Shown here piece by piece: positions 9,933 to 22,732 of a DNA stretch of 45,119 nucleotides. The notes beneath the pieces were generated by a model. That model was not told the DNA's origin. It did no database searches and saw only the letters and a program-made list of their open reading frames with translations. Every line of letters starts with the position of its first letter. The first letter of the stretch is position 1. The stretch is from assembly GCA_963514005.1 (NCBI GenBank), contig OY740804.1, positions 2,188,882-2,234,000 on the forward strand, in the 5' to 3' direction. The translations under genes and the position numbers were made by a program. The DNA is from Raja brachyura. Lineage: Eukaryota.

Positions 9933-12232
9933 CCATTTTAAACTTTTTTAAAAATGCAATTGCACTATAATTTAACATGATGCAGGTGCCACCAACAAGG
10001 CCATCTTTTGTTATCCAAATCTAATCATTAATCTTTGCTGTGCTGGGTTAGGCTGGCGTATTCTTCCCCTGTGTCACTCATGTTATGAGATACTTTGTAT
10101 CTACGCTCACTAGTTTAACAGAAAGCTTCTCATCCCTTTCTCACTCAGTTTTGTGTTACATATTAAGATGAAGTTACTTATGCTGTAATGCTAATAAAGT
10201 ATTTGGATCTTACTCACTGTGTGTGACCTAAGTTATCCCAACAGCAGAAGCTCGACATGGTGTCAGAGTGTACGGACTCACTCCTTGCTTAATTATATTG
10301 CTTTTATTTCAGTTTGTTGTTTTCTCCGGTATATATTACCATGGCTTCTGCTCTCAGAAAACCAGAGATCCCGTGCAACACCACAAAGACCTCGCAGAAC
10401 GGTGCAGTATATTTGAAGACGATTTCTCAATTCACACTGAAGCAGCTCAACTTACTGCTGCTCCCGGTGTTCGAGCGTCAATTCTTCTTAATCTAGCAGG
10501 CACAGAAGCTGCTCGATGTGCCAGAAGATTTTATTATGAACCAGCTAGGTTTGACCCAGCTAATGTCCAGATCGCTCCCGCTGAGTCTTTCTGTGACCCT
10601 GACTGCCTACTACGCAAATTCTGACAGTTATGTGAGTTACGCACTAACCTGGTCATGGAGAGGCATTTGTTCTTTTCTCGAATCCAGAGTCAGGGTGAAC
10701 CAATGGAGATGTATGTCAGTGCCTTGAAGCACGTTGCCAATCGATGCGATTTCAGGGATATATGTGAAAGACTAGTCCGTGACTGTTTGGTCTATGGTGT
10801 CCACAATGATAAATTACGTGACGAGTTACTGCGGGATGCTGAGCTTACTCTAGAGACTGATGAAAACTGCTGTCACATCGCTGAATTGGCTGATGCTCAT
10901 ACAAAAGCTGGTCGTGAAATTAATGTCGCTGTTCTCCTCAAGTGCCCGACAACTCTATCGTGAGACTAATAGACAATTGTTTTAATTGTTTTAAAGTTCA
11001 CATGCTGCTGCTCGTGACCGTTGCCCTGCGTATGGAAAATTATGTTGATTTTGTAACAAAAGGAATAATTTCTTCAAATGCTGCCGCTCGCAATGCAACA
11101 GAGTTCAAACAAGGCAATCTGTTAATTCGCTTGGCCATGAGAACTTGCTCTTGGAACGCTCTCAACCAACTCCCACGGATAATCAGGCTGCTAGTTAAGG
11201 TTTTGACATGGATGTGCATTCCCGTCAGACTCAATACACAAACAACTAGATCCCAAGGTCGCTTTGCTCATTAATGGCAAGAACCTTTATCTGAAAGTTG
11301 ACACGGGGGCCAGATGTAATGTGATCTGTCTAGCTGTGTAGAAAAAGTTACGAAAATCAGAGACTGTCACACCTACGGCTGCCTCCCTTCTCCCATTTGC
11401 AGGAGGTCCAGTGTACCCTATAGGTCAAGTCGAGTTACGCTGCTGTCTTAACTCACGTGTCCACAACCTGAGTTTCCATGTTGTTCGTGAGGATGTGCCG
11501 ACGTCTCTGCTGGGTGCCAACGTATGTCAAGACATGGGTCTTATCTCTTTCAGCCCTTCTGTTTATCATCTGACTCCAACCTGTGACTTTAGCCAACAAA
11601 TCTGACACAATACAAAACATTTTTTGATGACAAGCTGGGCAGGTTGCCTGTTAAGTACACAATTACAATTAACCCTGAGATCATCCCAGTTGTTCGACCA
11701 GCACACAAGATTCCCCATTCTATGTGGGACCGCGTTCAAAGTGAACTCAACAGGATGGTCTCTAGGTGTGATTGCTCCCGTCGCTGACCCCTCGGATTGG
11801 TTCTCCACCATGGTTGTGGCAACGAAGAAGAATAAATATGAAATACGGATTTGTATCAACCCTAAGGACTTAAAGCCATTAAATGACCTCACTATCCCAT
11901 GCGCACTGTGGACAAGATTGCAGCGCAGATGGCTGAAGCAACTGTAGATGCCAAGAGTTCATTCTGGCAGATTTCGCTGGAACACAACTCCTCCAAGTTA
12001 ACCACCTTCAGCACACTGTTCAGGCAATACAGATTTCATTTCGGAGTCACGTGAGTGACTTCGTGAAGAACCCGCCAGCACGCATGCGCGACATATCGTC
12101 GCTCGCATTGCAGTCGACGGCTGGAGAGGAGCGCGGCTCATCACCAGCCCTTCATAAGGGCCACTCAGGTAAGTACTAACAACCTTGAGTTGGTTGTTCT
12201 GTGTAAGTAATTGTGTTTTCTTCCACAGAGAC

Positions 12233-13902
12233 ATGGACAGCAGGAAAAATAAAGGCCGTAAAACTTCTACAAGGAGTTGTCGGCAACCCAACCCGGAGCC
12301 CCCCTCCACGGACAATCAGTCGGTACAGCGCCGGAGCAGGTGCATCCTGACTCCATCTCGCTCTCACCCACTGGGTCGTTTGCAGAGACGAGCAAGAGGG
12401 ATTCGCGTGCTGATGCACGGCCCTTCTCCCTGAGCCCTCTTGAAGGAGGCAGGGATGCAATTCCACTACCTAGCCCTTCGCGGGTTGAGGTCTCACCAGG
12501 AGCCACTAGGAAGTGGTCTGGTGAATCAGGCAGGCCCGAGTCCACTGGCAGACCAAGGAGGGCCAGTGTTGACTCACCACCCAGGGGGACCAGGAGGAGT
12601 CACAAGGGTGGAGCCTCGCCTAGGTCACCGCTTCCCCCGCTGGGGGCAGGTCGGGACCGTACGCCGTCTGGGTCCAGATCAAGGACAGTCGGCAGGCCCG
12701 CGCGGACGTCGGGTCACCACGCTGCGGCGTCAGGTGCCGACCTCTCCCCACCCATGCCCTTCGAGGCAGCCGGGTCCAGCTCAGCGAAAAGGAGACGCTT
12801 GAGCAGGTCCGCGCGGGAATCGCTCAGCTTCGCCGAGGCGGCTGGAAGCGATACATCATCATCACAGTACCGATATTACCTCGACGAGGTACGGACTGCT
12901 GATCGGAGCCTCCGGAGTTCCTTCGGGCGCGAGGCCTCTTACCTCCCACACCCGCCCGATGAAGGGCGCTTGGATCGTATGGAGAGGATATTGGAGCAAG
13001 TTCTTCTCAAACAGAAACAGGACACACACAGCTCCAGGGGACTCATGGATATATCCCCGTCCCCATCTATGGACAGCATAAGACCAGATGAGGAGGACAT
13101 CCTGGTACATGCCCCAGCAGCACCTGAGGTCCCTCAGGAAGATCTGCTGGATGTGGCAGCCAAATTCGGGTTACCCGTATCATCAGGACAACCCCTCAAC
13201 ATCAAACTGGCCGCAACCATAGATTACCTTACCAACCATCAATTGCAGGAGGAGGTCCTTGCGAAGGCCATGGAGAGACACAAGGCTCCAGGGAACTGCA
13301 ATTCACTCCACGTGCCGATTGTGAACATGCCAATCTGGGGTAATATCAGCCCGGGCATCAGAGCGCAGGAAGTGAAACTGTAGAGGATTTTAAAACTACT
13401 TACGTCTGGGATCACCGCTTTTGCAAAGTCGGTAGATGGGGTTGATCTAAGCACCGAACAGAAGGATGCTCTAGCTCTGCTCTGCAATACGCAGTACGAG
13501 ATCAACGCTTTCCGGAAGAGCATTATCAAACCTTCCTTGAATCCCAAATTTGCGGGACTATGCAGAGCACCTCCTACCCCCCCACCTAGACAGCTGTTCG
13601 GGGAAGACCTCCCAAAGCAGGTCAAAGAGCTGGATGACCATGCGAAAACCATAGGTCTGATGAGACCACATTTTGTGGCCAGACCTTCGGCCAAGAAGAC
13701 ACCTTACTTCAGGCCACGAGGTCAGACCGACAGGCCAACAAGGACCTACGTTCCGGCACCTCCTCAATATCAACAGCCTCCTCAGCCCAGGCCTTTTTTA
13801 GGACTAGGCCCTCAGCGGCCAGCATGGAAGATGCGGATTCCGCACCAACCACGAAACCCAGCACCTCCACGTCCCACCAAAAATCCCAGGGACCGCCGAT
13901 AA
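12233..13902 (+). pseudogene. DIRS A gag-like ORF1 (disrupted)
   Basis: Homologous to 33324-34529 (KLAATIDY, NC.SL.VP.VN.PIWGN, DALALLCNTQYEIN, LFGEDLPKQVK). In-frame TAG at 13381 where element B has CAG; probable frameshift after ATG 12233. Confidence 0.8.
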
Positions 13903-13904
13903 CC

Positions 13905-15833
13905 ATGAAGGTAAGGGGGTCTGGGTTCCATGCACTTGCATGTCTAACCTCACGAGTTGGGGGCGGATTACGGGGATTTAAGGAGGCTTGGGAAACCATC
14001 ACTTCAGATGAGTTTATCTTGCAAAGTATTCAGGGTTATGAAATTGAGTTTATTCATGGCCAATTGCCTCCACCCCAGCATATGCCGAATCGCAAATTTG
14101 CACTTTCCAAAAAAGAATTGGCAGAAGGCTATGCTGAAATCTTGAGTTTACAAGACAAAGGTGTGATAGAACGAACCACACATGAACCAATTGAATTTGT
14201 GTCTAATATATTTACTAAGACTAAAAAAGACGGTGGATGCCGGGTCATTATAGATTTAACTCACTTGAATACCTTTGTAAAATACACCCATTTCAAAATG
14301 GACACATTTGAAACAGCCAAATCTTTGATTTCGGAGGGCTGCTTCATGGCATGCATTGATTTAAAAGATGCATACTATTCAGTATCCATTCGGAAACATC
14401 ATAGGAAGTTCTTGAAGTTTACCTGGATGGATCAGCTTTGGCAATACAAAGCATTGCCCAATGGGCTTACTACAGCCCCCAGACTGTTCACCAAACTACT
14501 CAAGCCAGTGTTATCTACACTGCGGAGACAAAATCATACGGTCATGGCCTATTTGGATGACATTCTGATAATTGGGCACACTCTGGAATCAGCAGAGTTG
14601 GCGGTTTCAGCCACAGTGGAAATTTTTCAACAAATGGGGTTTATAATCCATCCAGACAAATCAAAGTTCCTCCCCGCACAGATCATGGACTACTTGGGGT
14701 TCACGATAGACTCCAATCGCATGATCACCACCATCCCAACTAACAAAGTTGGTGATGTGTTTCAAGCATGCAAGAACCTGGTCTGCGCCAGTATACCGTC
14801 TATCAGATTAACTGCCAGGGTAATTGGCAAAATTGTAGCAGTATTTCCAGCTGCTCAATATGGACCTTTACACTATCAGAATTTACAAAGGTCAAAAATA
14901 ACAGCATTAAAACTAAATGCTGGACATTATGATAGACCTATGCAGTTGCCGGTTAAGGCAAAACTTGAGTTACTATGGTGGATTGGCAATATCCATAACT
15001 CATTTAAACCCATCATTGTGCCTCGTCCAATGGTATACTTGCAAACAGATGCAAGCTCCCATGGCTGGGGAGCTACGGACAACAATAACAGTTGTGGAGG
15101 TAGATGGGATTCACTTGAAGCTACTTTGTTGTCAGCACAAGGGATAAACTATTTGGAGATGCTAGGAGCATTCCACGGACTAAGAGCCTATTGTTCAACC
15201 ATGACTAACACTCATGTCCGTCTCCAAATAGACAATACCACTGCGGTGGCTTATCTGAATCATATGGGCGGTACCAGGTCAATTTCATGCAATGAATTGG
15301 CAAACACAATTTGGCTCTGGTGTATTCAACGGAATATTTGGATCTCAGCTACCTACTTGCCAGGTGAGCTCAATACAGTGGCGGACACCAGGTCACGGAA
15401 GTTCAATGACAACATCGAGTGGATGTTGAACCCCCAAATATTCACCAAAATTACAGCCAAATTTGGTAAACTGGATATTGACCTTTTTGCGTCACGGTTG
15501 AACCATCAGGTACCAACATACGTATCATGGGAGCCAGATCCTGGGGCAATGGCGATGGACGCATTCTCGCTAGACTGGGGGAAATGGTTCTTCTATGCCT
15601 TTCCTCCATTCTGCCTCATCAGTCGGGTATTGCGGAAAATCCAGCTCGATGCTGCCAAGGGCATCCTCATTATACCCGACTGGCCTACGCAATCATGGTA
15701 TCCGGTGGTCCTTGGAATGATAAGTCAACCATGGGTCCTCTTAGAGGGTTGCCCACAATTGGTGACGAACCCTGCCACAGGGGAACCACACCCCTGCCAT
15801 AGTCATTTGAATCTATTGGCTTGCAGGATCTGA
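13905..15833 (+). CDS. DIRS A pol: reverse transcriptase, RNase H and Dam-like methyltransferase domain
   Basis: Motifs IDLKDAYY, LPNGL, YLDD, LQTDAS..GWG, INYLEM, IDNTTAVAY, N.VAD..SR, IDLFAS, YAFPPF. The ORF is uninterrupted (open from 13824). Confidence 0.95.
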   Translation: MKVRGSGFHALACLTSRVGGGLRGFKEAWETITSDEFILQSIQGYEIEFIHGQLPPPQHMPNRKFALSKKELAEGYAEILSLQDKGVIERTTHEPIEFVSNIFTKTKKDGGCRVIIDLTHLNTFVKYTHFKMDTFETAKSLISEGCFMACIDLKDAYYSVSIRKHHRKFLKFTWMDQLWQYKALPNGLTTAPRLFTKLLKPVLSTLRRQNHTVMAYLDDILIIGHTLESAELAVSATVEIFQQMGFIIHPDKSKFLPAQIMDYLGFTIDSNRMITTIPTNKVGDVFQACKNLVCASIPSIRLTARVIGKIVAVFPAAQYGPLHYQNLQRSKITALKLNAGHYDRPMQLPVKAKLELLWWIGNIHNSFKPIIVPRPMVYLQTDASSHGWGATDNNNSCGGRWDSLEATLLSAQGINYLEMLGAFHGLRAYCSTMTNTHVRLQIDNTTAVAYLNHMGGTRSISCNELANTIWLWCIQRNIWISATYLPGELNTVADTRSRKFNDNIEWMLNPQIFTKITAKFGKLDIDLFASRLNHQVPTYVSWEPDPGAMAMDAFSLDWGKWFFYAFPPFCLISRVLRKIQLDAAKGILIIPDWPTQSWYPVVLGMISQPWVLLEGCPQLVTNPATGEPHPCHSHLNLLACRI

Positions 15834-16810
15834 ACAGGCCACTACTTCAGTATGGTCTATCTTCAAGGACAATGGATACCATGGGAGCATCATGCAGGGA
15901 GTCCTCAAGACGGCAGTACTTATCGTACATCAGGAAATGGGAATCCTATTGTGGCCGCATGGACGTTGCATATGACTCCGTCTCCATCACAGATGTGCTG
16001 GAATTTCTTGCGGGGCTACATCATGATCAACATCTCAGCTATAGTGCCATCAATAGCGCCAGGAGTGCGCTCTCGTCCTACCTCAATATTGAGGTAGGAT
16101 CCAATAAATTGGTCTCCAAACTTATGCGGGGGATATTTAATTCCAACCCGCCGAGGCCCCGTTACAACGTCACATGGGATATTGGCAAAGTGCTGACCCT
16201 GCTGAGAACATGGTCACCCATGACGGGGCTCGAATTGGACAAACTCACCCTGAAGGTGGTGATGTTGATGGCACTTACTTCAGCACAAAGGGTGCAAACG
16301 CTTCACAAGGCCAAGATCGACAGAATGATCTCCACCCCTGAACGGGTCACTTTCTTCATTGATGAATTGCTCAAGCAGCATAGACCTGGATTTACAGGGC
16401 TGCAGCTGGAGTTTCCAGCATACCCCGCTGATGCTAGGCTATGCATAGCCACCCATATCCGCCACTATATCAAAGTGACGAGGAAAATATGGGGAATGGA
16501 GCAATACCTGTTCATCAGTCACAAAAAACCTCACCATAGAGTGACGGTGCAGACGATATCCCGATGGCTCAGGATCGTCTTAAACAAGGCAGGTATTGAC
16601 ACTAATGTTTTTAAATCCCATTCCACCAGGGCAGCATCAACATCGGCGGCAAAGGCCATGGAGGTGCCCATGGACCAGATACTTGCCACAGCGGGATGGG
16701 CCAGTGAAGCCACTTTTCAACGGTTTTACAATAAACCCGTCACCGTACCTGGAATGTTCGCAGGAGCCGTGCTGGATGCAGGCCGAGAACATACAGTTCC
16801 CCCTCAGTGA
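15821..16810 (+). CDS. DIRS A tyrosine recombinase
   Basis: SAQR, HSTR, AGW...TFQRFY catalytic residues (R-H-R-W-Y). The ORF overlaps the pol end and begins at TTG, without an ATG at its homology start. Confidence 0.95.
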   Translation: MQDLNRPLLQYGLSSRTMDTMGASCRESSRRQYLSYIRKWESYCGRMDVAYDSVSITDVLEFLAGLHHDQHLSYSAINSARSALSSYLNIEVGSNKLVSKLMRGIFNSNPPRPRYNVTWDIGKVLTLLRTWSPMTGLELDKLTLKVVMLMALTSAQRVQTLHKAKIDRMISTPERVTFFIDELLKQHRPGFTGLQLEFPAYPADARLCIATHIRHYIKVTRKIWGMEQYLFISHKKPHHRVTVQTISRWLRIVLNKAGIDTNVFKSHSTRAASTSAAKAMEVPMDQILATAGWASEATFQRFYNKPVTVPGMFAGAVLDAGREHTVPPQ

Positions 16811-19299
16811 GGGGTCCTTTCTTGTTGTTATTAATAAATATTATTATTTTTTCAGAGAAACAGTGACGGAAATTGATTACTGCTGTCCACCTTTTCAGTA
16901 GCGTGTGTGATAGCATGGACGTTGTCCAGGGCGTGAAATCACAGAAGCTTTGAAGTCTTCACGAAGTCACTCACGTGACTCCGAAATGAAATAGTAAGAT
17001 TAAACGAGAACTTACCAGTTTGAAGTTTGATCTTTATTTTATGAGGAGTTGCGATGAGGGATTTCGTGCCCTCCGCTCCCAACCCTCGATCATAAAGTCA
17101 ACTGGTAACTAGAGTCTCTTTAATCTTACTATAACAAGTCATTTCTTGGCTTGGTTTTTTCTGTGATTCCACACCGCGGCTTTGAAGTATGTCGCGCATG
17201 CGTGCTGGCGGGTTCTTCACGAAATCCCTCATCGCAACTCCTCATAAAATAAAGATCAAACTTCAAACTGGTAAGTTCTCGTTTAATCTTACTATTACTT
17301 TGCATGCCTTTTGGCATAAGCTCTGCCAATGAAGTATTTCAACGAGCTATGGAGCAGTTGTTTGCGGGTTACCCATGCTCCATTGTAGTGGATGACATCC
17401 TTGTTGCTGGACGAACTGTTGAAGAACACAATGCTAATCTGACAAAGGTCTTGGATCGCACCAAGGCCATTAACCACAAGCAAAACCCAGGGTAAGTCAG
17501 GTGAAATGCATAGGCCATATGTTCACTAAGGACGGCCTAAAAACTGAAATGCATTGGCCATATGTTCACTAAGGATGGCCTAAAAACAGATCAGGCAAAA
17601 ACCAGTGCCATCAACGAGCTCCCAGCACCCACACACGTGCTTGGTCTACAAAGATTCCTTGGCATCGTGAACTACTTGAGAAAATCTATTCTGGACTTCA
17701 GTGAAATATCATCCCCATTGCGCTGTGGTCCCTGCTTTGCTGCACAGCAAGTATTTTGACGCTGTCCATGTCGGGCACCCAGGCGCTGAAGCCACCATCC
17801 TGCGGGCAAGAAACATGTTTTACTGGCCTGGCATGGCCGAATACATCACCAAGAATGTGGCATCCTGTGCAGTGTGTAACAGCTTGGCACCTCATCAACA
17901 AAAGCAACCACTTCTTTCACATCTGGCTCCTGCTCTCCCGTGGTCTACAGTGGCAACTGACATATTTGAATGGCATGGCAAGCAGTACCTGGTACTTGTC
18001 AATTCGTATTCTGGATGGTTTGACATTGATTTTCTTAGCAGCCCCACTTCTCGCGGGGTAGTTTCAAAACTAGCTCGCCATTTTGCAGACCACGGAGCTC
18101 CGTGCATACTGCTGTCTGATAACGGCAGTCAATTTACCAGCCAACACTTCAAGGAGTTTGCTGCATGTTGGGGTTTTTGCAACATCACCAGCAGCCTTGA
18201 ATATCCACAGTCGAATGGACCAGCTGAGTGGGCCATCAAGAGTACCAAGCAGCTCATGGAATGATCGTACAGAGCTAATTCCGACGTGTTCCCTGATCTA
18301 CTCAACTTACGCAACATCTCCCACTACCCCGTTTTGGGTTCACCAGCTCAACGTTTATTGTCGAGGCAGACCCGAGCCACGGTGCCTGTGGCGGATCAGG
18401 CATTGATCCCACAGGTGGTTCCACCATCGGAGGTCCAGTCCAGGTTACAAAAAAAGCGTGACATTCAAAAACAGTGATATGACAAGACAAGTAGACCACT
18501 GCCTCATTAACGAAGGGGCAGGTGGTTCAATTGCAGACTGACAAAGGCCGTATCGGTGTAATTTCTGGAACTGCTTCTGAGCCACGCTCATATCTGGTCA
18601 GTGCCGATGGCAGCACCTACAGGCGTAACAGACAAAGTATCCTGCCAGTGAATGAGCCGATTCCACCACCGTACAAGTGTACTTCTGTCTGTTTCTTGCA
18701 TTGATCCTCCTACACCAGCACAACAACCCACTTCGGGAGCGGCTGCTTTGCCGGTGCCGACACCCCCTCCGCCTGTGCTGAAGTCCCCTGTTTCATCACC
18801 GGGATCGTTGGTTCAATCTCTGTCACCCTTGAAGCCACCAGCTCTGTCCGTGGTTGGGAAAAACGGAGATGGTTTTTATCGCACACAAGCTGTCGTGTTT
18901 GCAAGCCCACCGTGAAGTACCCGGGCTATGTTTGACTTTCCCCCAGCTTATTATCAATTGCTATCCATGCCTTATTTAGTCAATGGTTTTGTACTGACAT
19001 TTAATTTTTTTAAGAGGGAGGATGTAGATCAGTGTCACTCGTGTTATGAGTCATACTTTGTAGCTACGCCCACTAGTTTAACAGAAAGCTTCTCAGCCCT
19101 TTCTCCCTCAATCTTGAGTTACGTATTAAGATGAAGTTACCTACGCTGTAACGCTAATAAAGTATTTGTATCTTATTCACTGTGTGTGATCTAAGATATT
19201 CTAACAGCAGAAGCTCGACATTCCCTGAAGGACATTTGCTGTGAAGGACTCAGTGTTCTGGGATAGAAACTGTAGCCGGTAGGGCATTGTGATGATCAC

Positions 19300-19990
19300 C
19301 AGGGGCGCCGGGGAGATGGCAGCCCTGCCTGCAGTCTGTTCATTTTTTCATCTTTTTGTTATTTTTTTGTATTTGTTAAAAGTTTGAATAATGTACCTTG
19401 GTTTGTTTTATGTGGGGGGAGGGGGGATCGGGGGAAACTTTTTTTCAGGTTGTTACCTTCCCGGAGATGTGAGCCATAGCTGGAGCTGGAAGCCGCCTCG
19501 AACTGTCGTAAGTCCCACCGCGGAGAGCGGACTTAACATCGGAGCGGATCCCTTACCTGGGATCGCTCCCACCGCGGCCTGCGGACTTACCATCATGGAT
19601 TTGCAGTCTCGGGAGAGGCAAGTCGGGAGCTCCAATGCCACAGAAGGTTCGACCAGCCCCGACACGAGATTGGATCGCTCGGCGCGGGGGAGCCGAACGC
19701 GTCTACGCGGGTGGCCCAAACGCCACCGGCTACAGGATTCAAGATCATCCCGTCAACGGAGGGCTCGAGGCCCACGACCGAGGGAGAACAAAAGGGAAGG
19801 ACTTGAACTTTATTTCGCCTTCCATCACAGTGAGGGATGTGTAGGAGTCACTGTGGTGGATGTTCATTTTAAAATGTGTTTTTGAGTCTGTTGCTTTTAA
19901 TTGTATGACTGACCTGGCCAGTGAAATTCCTCGCATGTTGCAAAACATATTTGGCGAATAAAATCTGATTCTGATTCTTCTGATTCTGAT
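19300..19990 (+). mobile_element. Probable non-autonomous non-LTR retroelement
   Basis: CpG-rich body ending in AATAAA plus a (ATTCTG)n tail; no credible protein. Confidence 0.45.
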
Positions 19991-20714
19991 AACTGCCTAA
20001 CTGACAGTGTAGATTTGAAGAAATCCAACTTTTAAATGTAACTTTAAAACATTTAAATATCCCCCACAGCGTCCCTCTCCTTACAACAATATAAAAACAC
20101 TTTCATAGCTTGTGTATTGACAGCAGAGATCCCATTGTTAAGTCATTTTCAGTTTTTGGAATATTCACTGCAGCTTATTTAATTAAGATCCCATTGTGAT
20201 TGGACAACTGTGGGATGCCATTGTGACATCTTTGGAAGAGTCTCCCTCTCAAAGGCAGTTATTATTCTCAAAGTTGGCTTTTTTTAAACTTTACATATCA
20301 ATAACTTGTGAAATATAACAACAAATCTGAAGGAAACATTACATTGACGACGGGAAGAAAACTGAGTAAGAATCTGCAAAATCCCGGAGACAATCATTCC
20401 CATCACCCATTCCCCAAACGTAACCCATTCGACCAACGCAATATTCCACCACTCACCCATAGCCCCCAACTGTGCAAGTGCGGCTCATTGCCCCTCATCC
20501 CCAACACTTCCTCCCCCTCCCTCTTCTCTCCCCTCACCTCCTCCCCTCCTCCACTCCTCTTTCACCACTCCCTCCTGCTCCTTTCCCCTACCCTCTGCCC
20601 CTCCCTACCCTCAGTCAGTCCCTCACACCCCCCATAACTCCTCTCCCCTCCCTACCCTCCTGACCCATTGGGCTTTGTCTCCCAAACTCTACTGCTGCGC
20701 CACCGTGACCACCT

Positions 20715-21250
20715 ATTTATTAAATGTTATCTATGGGTATGGTGTTTCCAAGCCTATTCTGCTGCTGCAGGTAACCATTTAATTGTTCCATTGTCGGTAA
20801 ATACGACAATTAAACACTCGTGACTCGACTCTTGACACCTGAGACCATGTGATTCACCTAACTTCAGCGACAAACATCCTCTCTTGCTTGGTTCTGTTGA
20901 AGGATCTTCATTCTGAATCGTTGCCTCTGTTGCTCCACCACAGATGCTGCCTGACCCACTGTGTGTCTCCCACATTCCCCTTTATTTTTGTTCCTGTTCT
21001 CAACATCTGCAGACTCCTGACTTTCCACATGTTGTTCCGTCTCTGTGTGGTCATGACCACAAATGGACACAGCTCATAGAACCCGGTGATGTTGCCCGTA
21101 TTGAACAGGAGTTGCACAAAGTTCATACCCAACTCAATGCTGGCGTACAAAGAATCACTCACACCGGCTGTCTTCAGGGCAGGCAGAAGAGAGTTTATTT
21201 CCATTAAAGTTCATTTACAGGGTCAGTTCTCCTCACTGCATGCGATCCGA
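20715..21250. repeat. Inverted paralogous 3' flank of Ig copy 2 (partner ~7215-8080; partial third copy 26435-26720)
   Basis: Reverse-complement alignment; contains a conserved AATAAA (7279, 21194 on minus, 26472). Confidence 0.85.
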
Positions 21251-21343
21251 AGGGCATGTTTCCCTGCTTTAACTCTGAACTAAACTAAACTAAACTAAAC
21301 TAAACTAAACTTTGCAAGGGCCCTGCTGAATCAGTGGGAGGTT

Positions 21344-21877
21344 TCACTGGATTGTCAGCCGGGCCAATTCTTCACATTTCCTATCACGAAAGGTGGTCCA
21401 GACACAGGAATATGTCCCCTCATCTTTCTCTTTTGCACCTGTCAGGAGCAATGAGCCGTCAAATTCAGGAAAGGGATCTCGATGCACGAACTCCCAGCGG
21501 ACATCATGGCCCTGATATAGGTAAGGTATTCTAGTATGATTCATGGCAATTTCAGCACCATCTTTTCTCCATTTAACTACTCTGAGAGATTCGTAATCTT
21601 TGGATACTTTACAGGGCAGCGTAATAGAACCACCCAGAGATGCAACGAGCACCTTCATGTTAATCGATGATAGGTGATGACTGTATGTATCAGAATCTGT
21701 CTCGTTCGTGCATCTTGAAATCTGTTTAACGTTGACTTGCCGAGCAGCCCGTGCGTTCCACCCGGGCAACTTTGCTTCCTCTCCCCATTCTCTGGCGATC
21801 GGACCTGTTCCAGTTCAGGAGACTTGCCACACCATCTCCACAAGGACCATGAATCCTATCCGTCTCTGCAGTCCCAT
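21344..21877 (-). pseudogene. Secreted single Ig V-type domain precursor, copy 2 (one nonsense codon)
   Basis: ATG at 21877; GGA>TGA at codon 21 (21815-21817). The rest is open: RAARQ...ITLPC...VKWRKDG...DGSLLLTGAKEKDEGTYSCVWTTFRDRKCEELARLTIQ*. Confidence 0.85.
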
Positions 21878-22424
21878 GTTCCTGTGGGTGAAACAACCTT
21901 ATTGCAACTCAGTAGGATTCATGATGACATTCTCTGAACCCGCCCAGAGTTGGGGAATCGAGAACCAGAGGACATCTATTTAAGGTGAGGGGGGGAAAGA
22001 TTTAATGGGAAACTGAGGGGTGACTTTTTTACACAAAGGGTGGAGGGTGTTTGGAACGAGCTGCCGGAAGATGTAGTTGAGGCAGGTACTATCACAATGA
22101 TTAAGAAACAGTTAGACAGGTACATTGATAGGGCAGGATTAGAGGGGTAAGGGCCAAACGCAGGCAGGTGGGTCTAGTTTTGATGGGGCATGTTGGTGGG
22201 TGCGGGTAAGTTGGTGGGTGCGGGCAAGTTGGGCGGAAGGTCTCGCTGTATGACTCTATGACTCCATCACTTGTCCCACCCCGGTCATTCCTCCTTCTCC
22301 CTGGTCCTGTCTAGCAGAAGGTACAGAAGCTTGAAAGCGCGCACCACCAGACTCAGGAACAGCTTCTTCCCCTCTGCTATCAGGCTTCTGAACTGGGGGA
22401 ACAGTGAACAGAGACAATCCCACC

Positions 22425-22662
22425 CCCATCACTCACAGACACTTGAAGGATCCACAGGGTGGCTACCAGCTCCTTTTATACCTACTCCCGGCTTCTCCTG
22501 ACCCTCACTGCCTGCGCTCCCGTACATTCAACCAATCACTGCCTCCCATGGAGCATTGGCCGGAGTCAGCCGTGACCTCCCCACCCTCTGCCAACTGTGT
22601 CCTTGCATCAGCCGTTAACGTTTAACAAGACCAACGTCATCCCAGCTGCCAGTGGCCAACCA
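22425..22662 (-). promoter_or_regulatory. Putative promoter and exon 1 of Ig copy 2
   Basis: Same block on the minus strand, TATAAAA at 22474-22480. The sequence between TATA and the first donor is largely deleted. Confidence 0.5.
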
Positions 22663-22732
22663 TCGCAGTTGAGGCAGAAACTATCCCAAGGTTTAAGAAA
22701 CAGTTAGACAGGAACAGGTATAGGTTAGATTT

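Larger units (their letters stand above)
12034..17296 (+). mobile_element. Full-length DIRS1-like tyrosine-recombinase retrotransposon (element A)
   Basis: Left ITR at 12034, right ITR ~17188-17296. Internal complementary region 16956-17068 is complementary to both termini. Gag, pol and YR ORFs present. No conventional TSD (ATT core only). Confidence 0.95.
10070..19220 (+). mobile_element. Degenerate Ty3/Gypsy LTR retrotransposon, interrupted by a DIRS element
   Basis: LTRs 10070-10257 and 19023-19220 (TG...CA). PBS TGGTGTCAGAGTG (10258, tRNA-Leu-like); PPT AAGAGGGAGGA. Gag with Cys knuckle remnants, protease LKVDTGA (~11290), RT split at 12033/17297 (MPFGISSA, VVDDIL), integrase HVGH..CAVC, SDNGSQF, YPQSNG (17740-18480). 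Many stops and frameshifts; the RNase H region appears deleted near 17720. Confidence 0.92.

Noticed and set aside
15821-16810. Phage integrase plus methyltransferase indicating prokaryotic contamination
   Set aside because: Both are standard DIRS1 components and lie within ITR/ICR-bounded elements.
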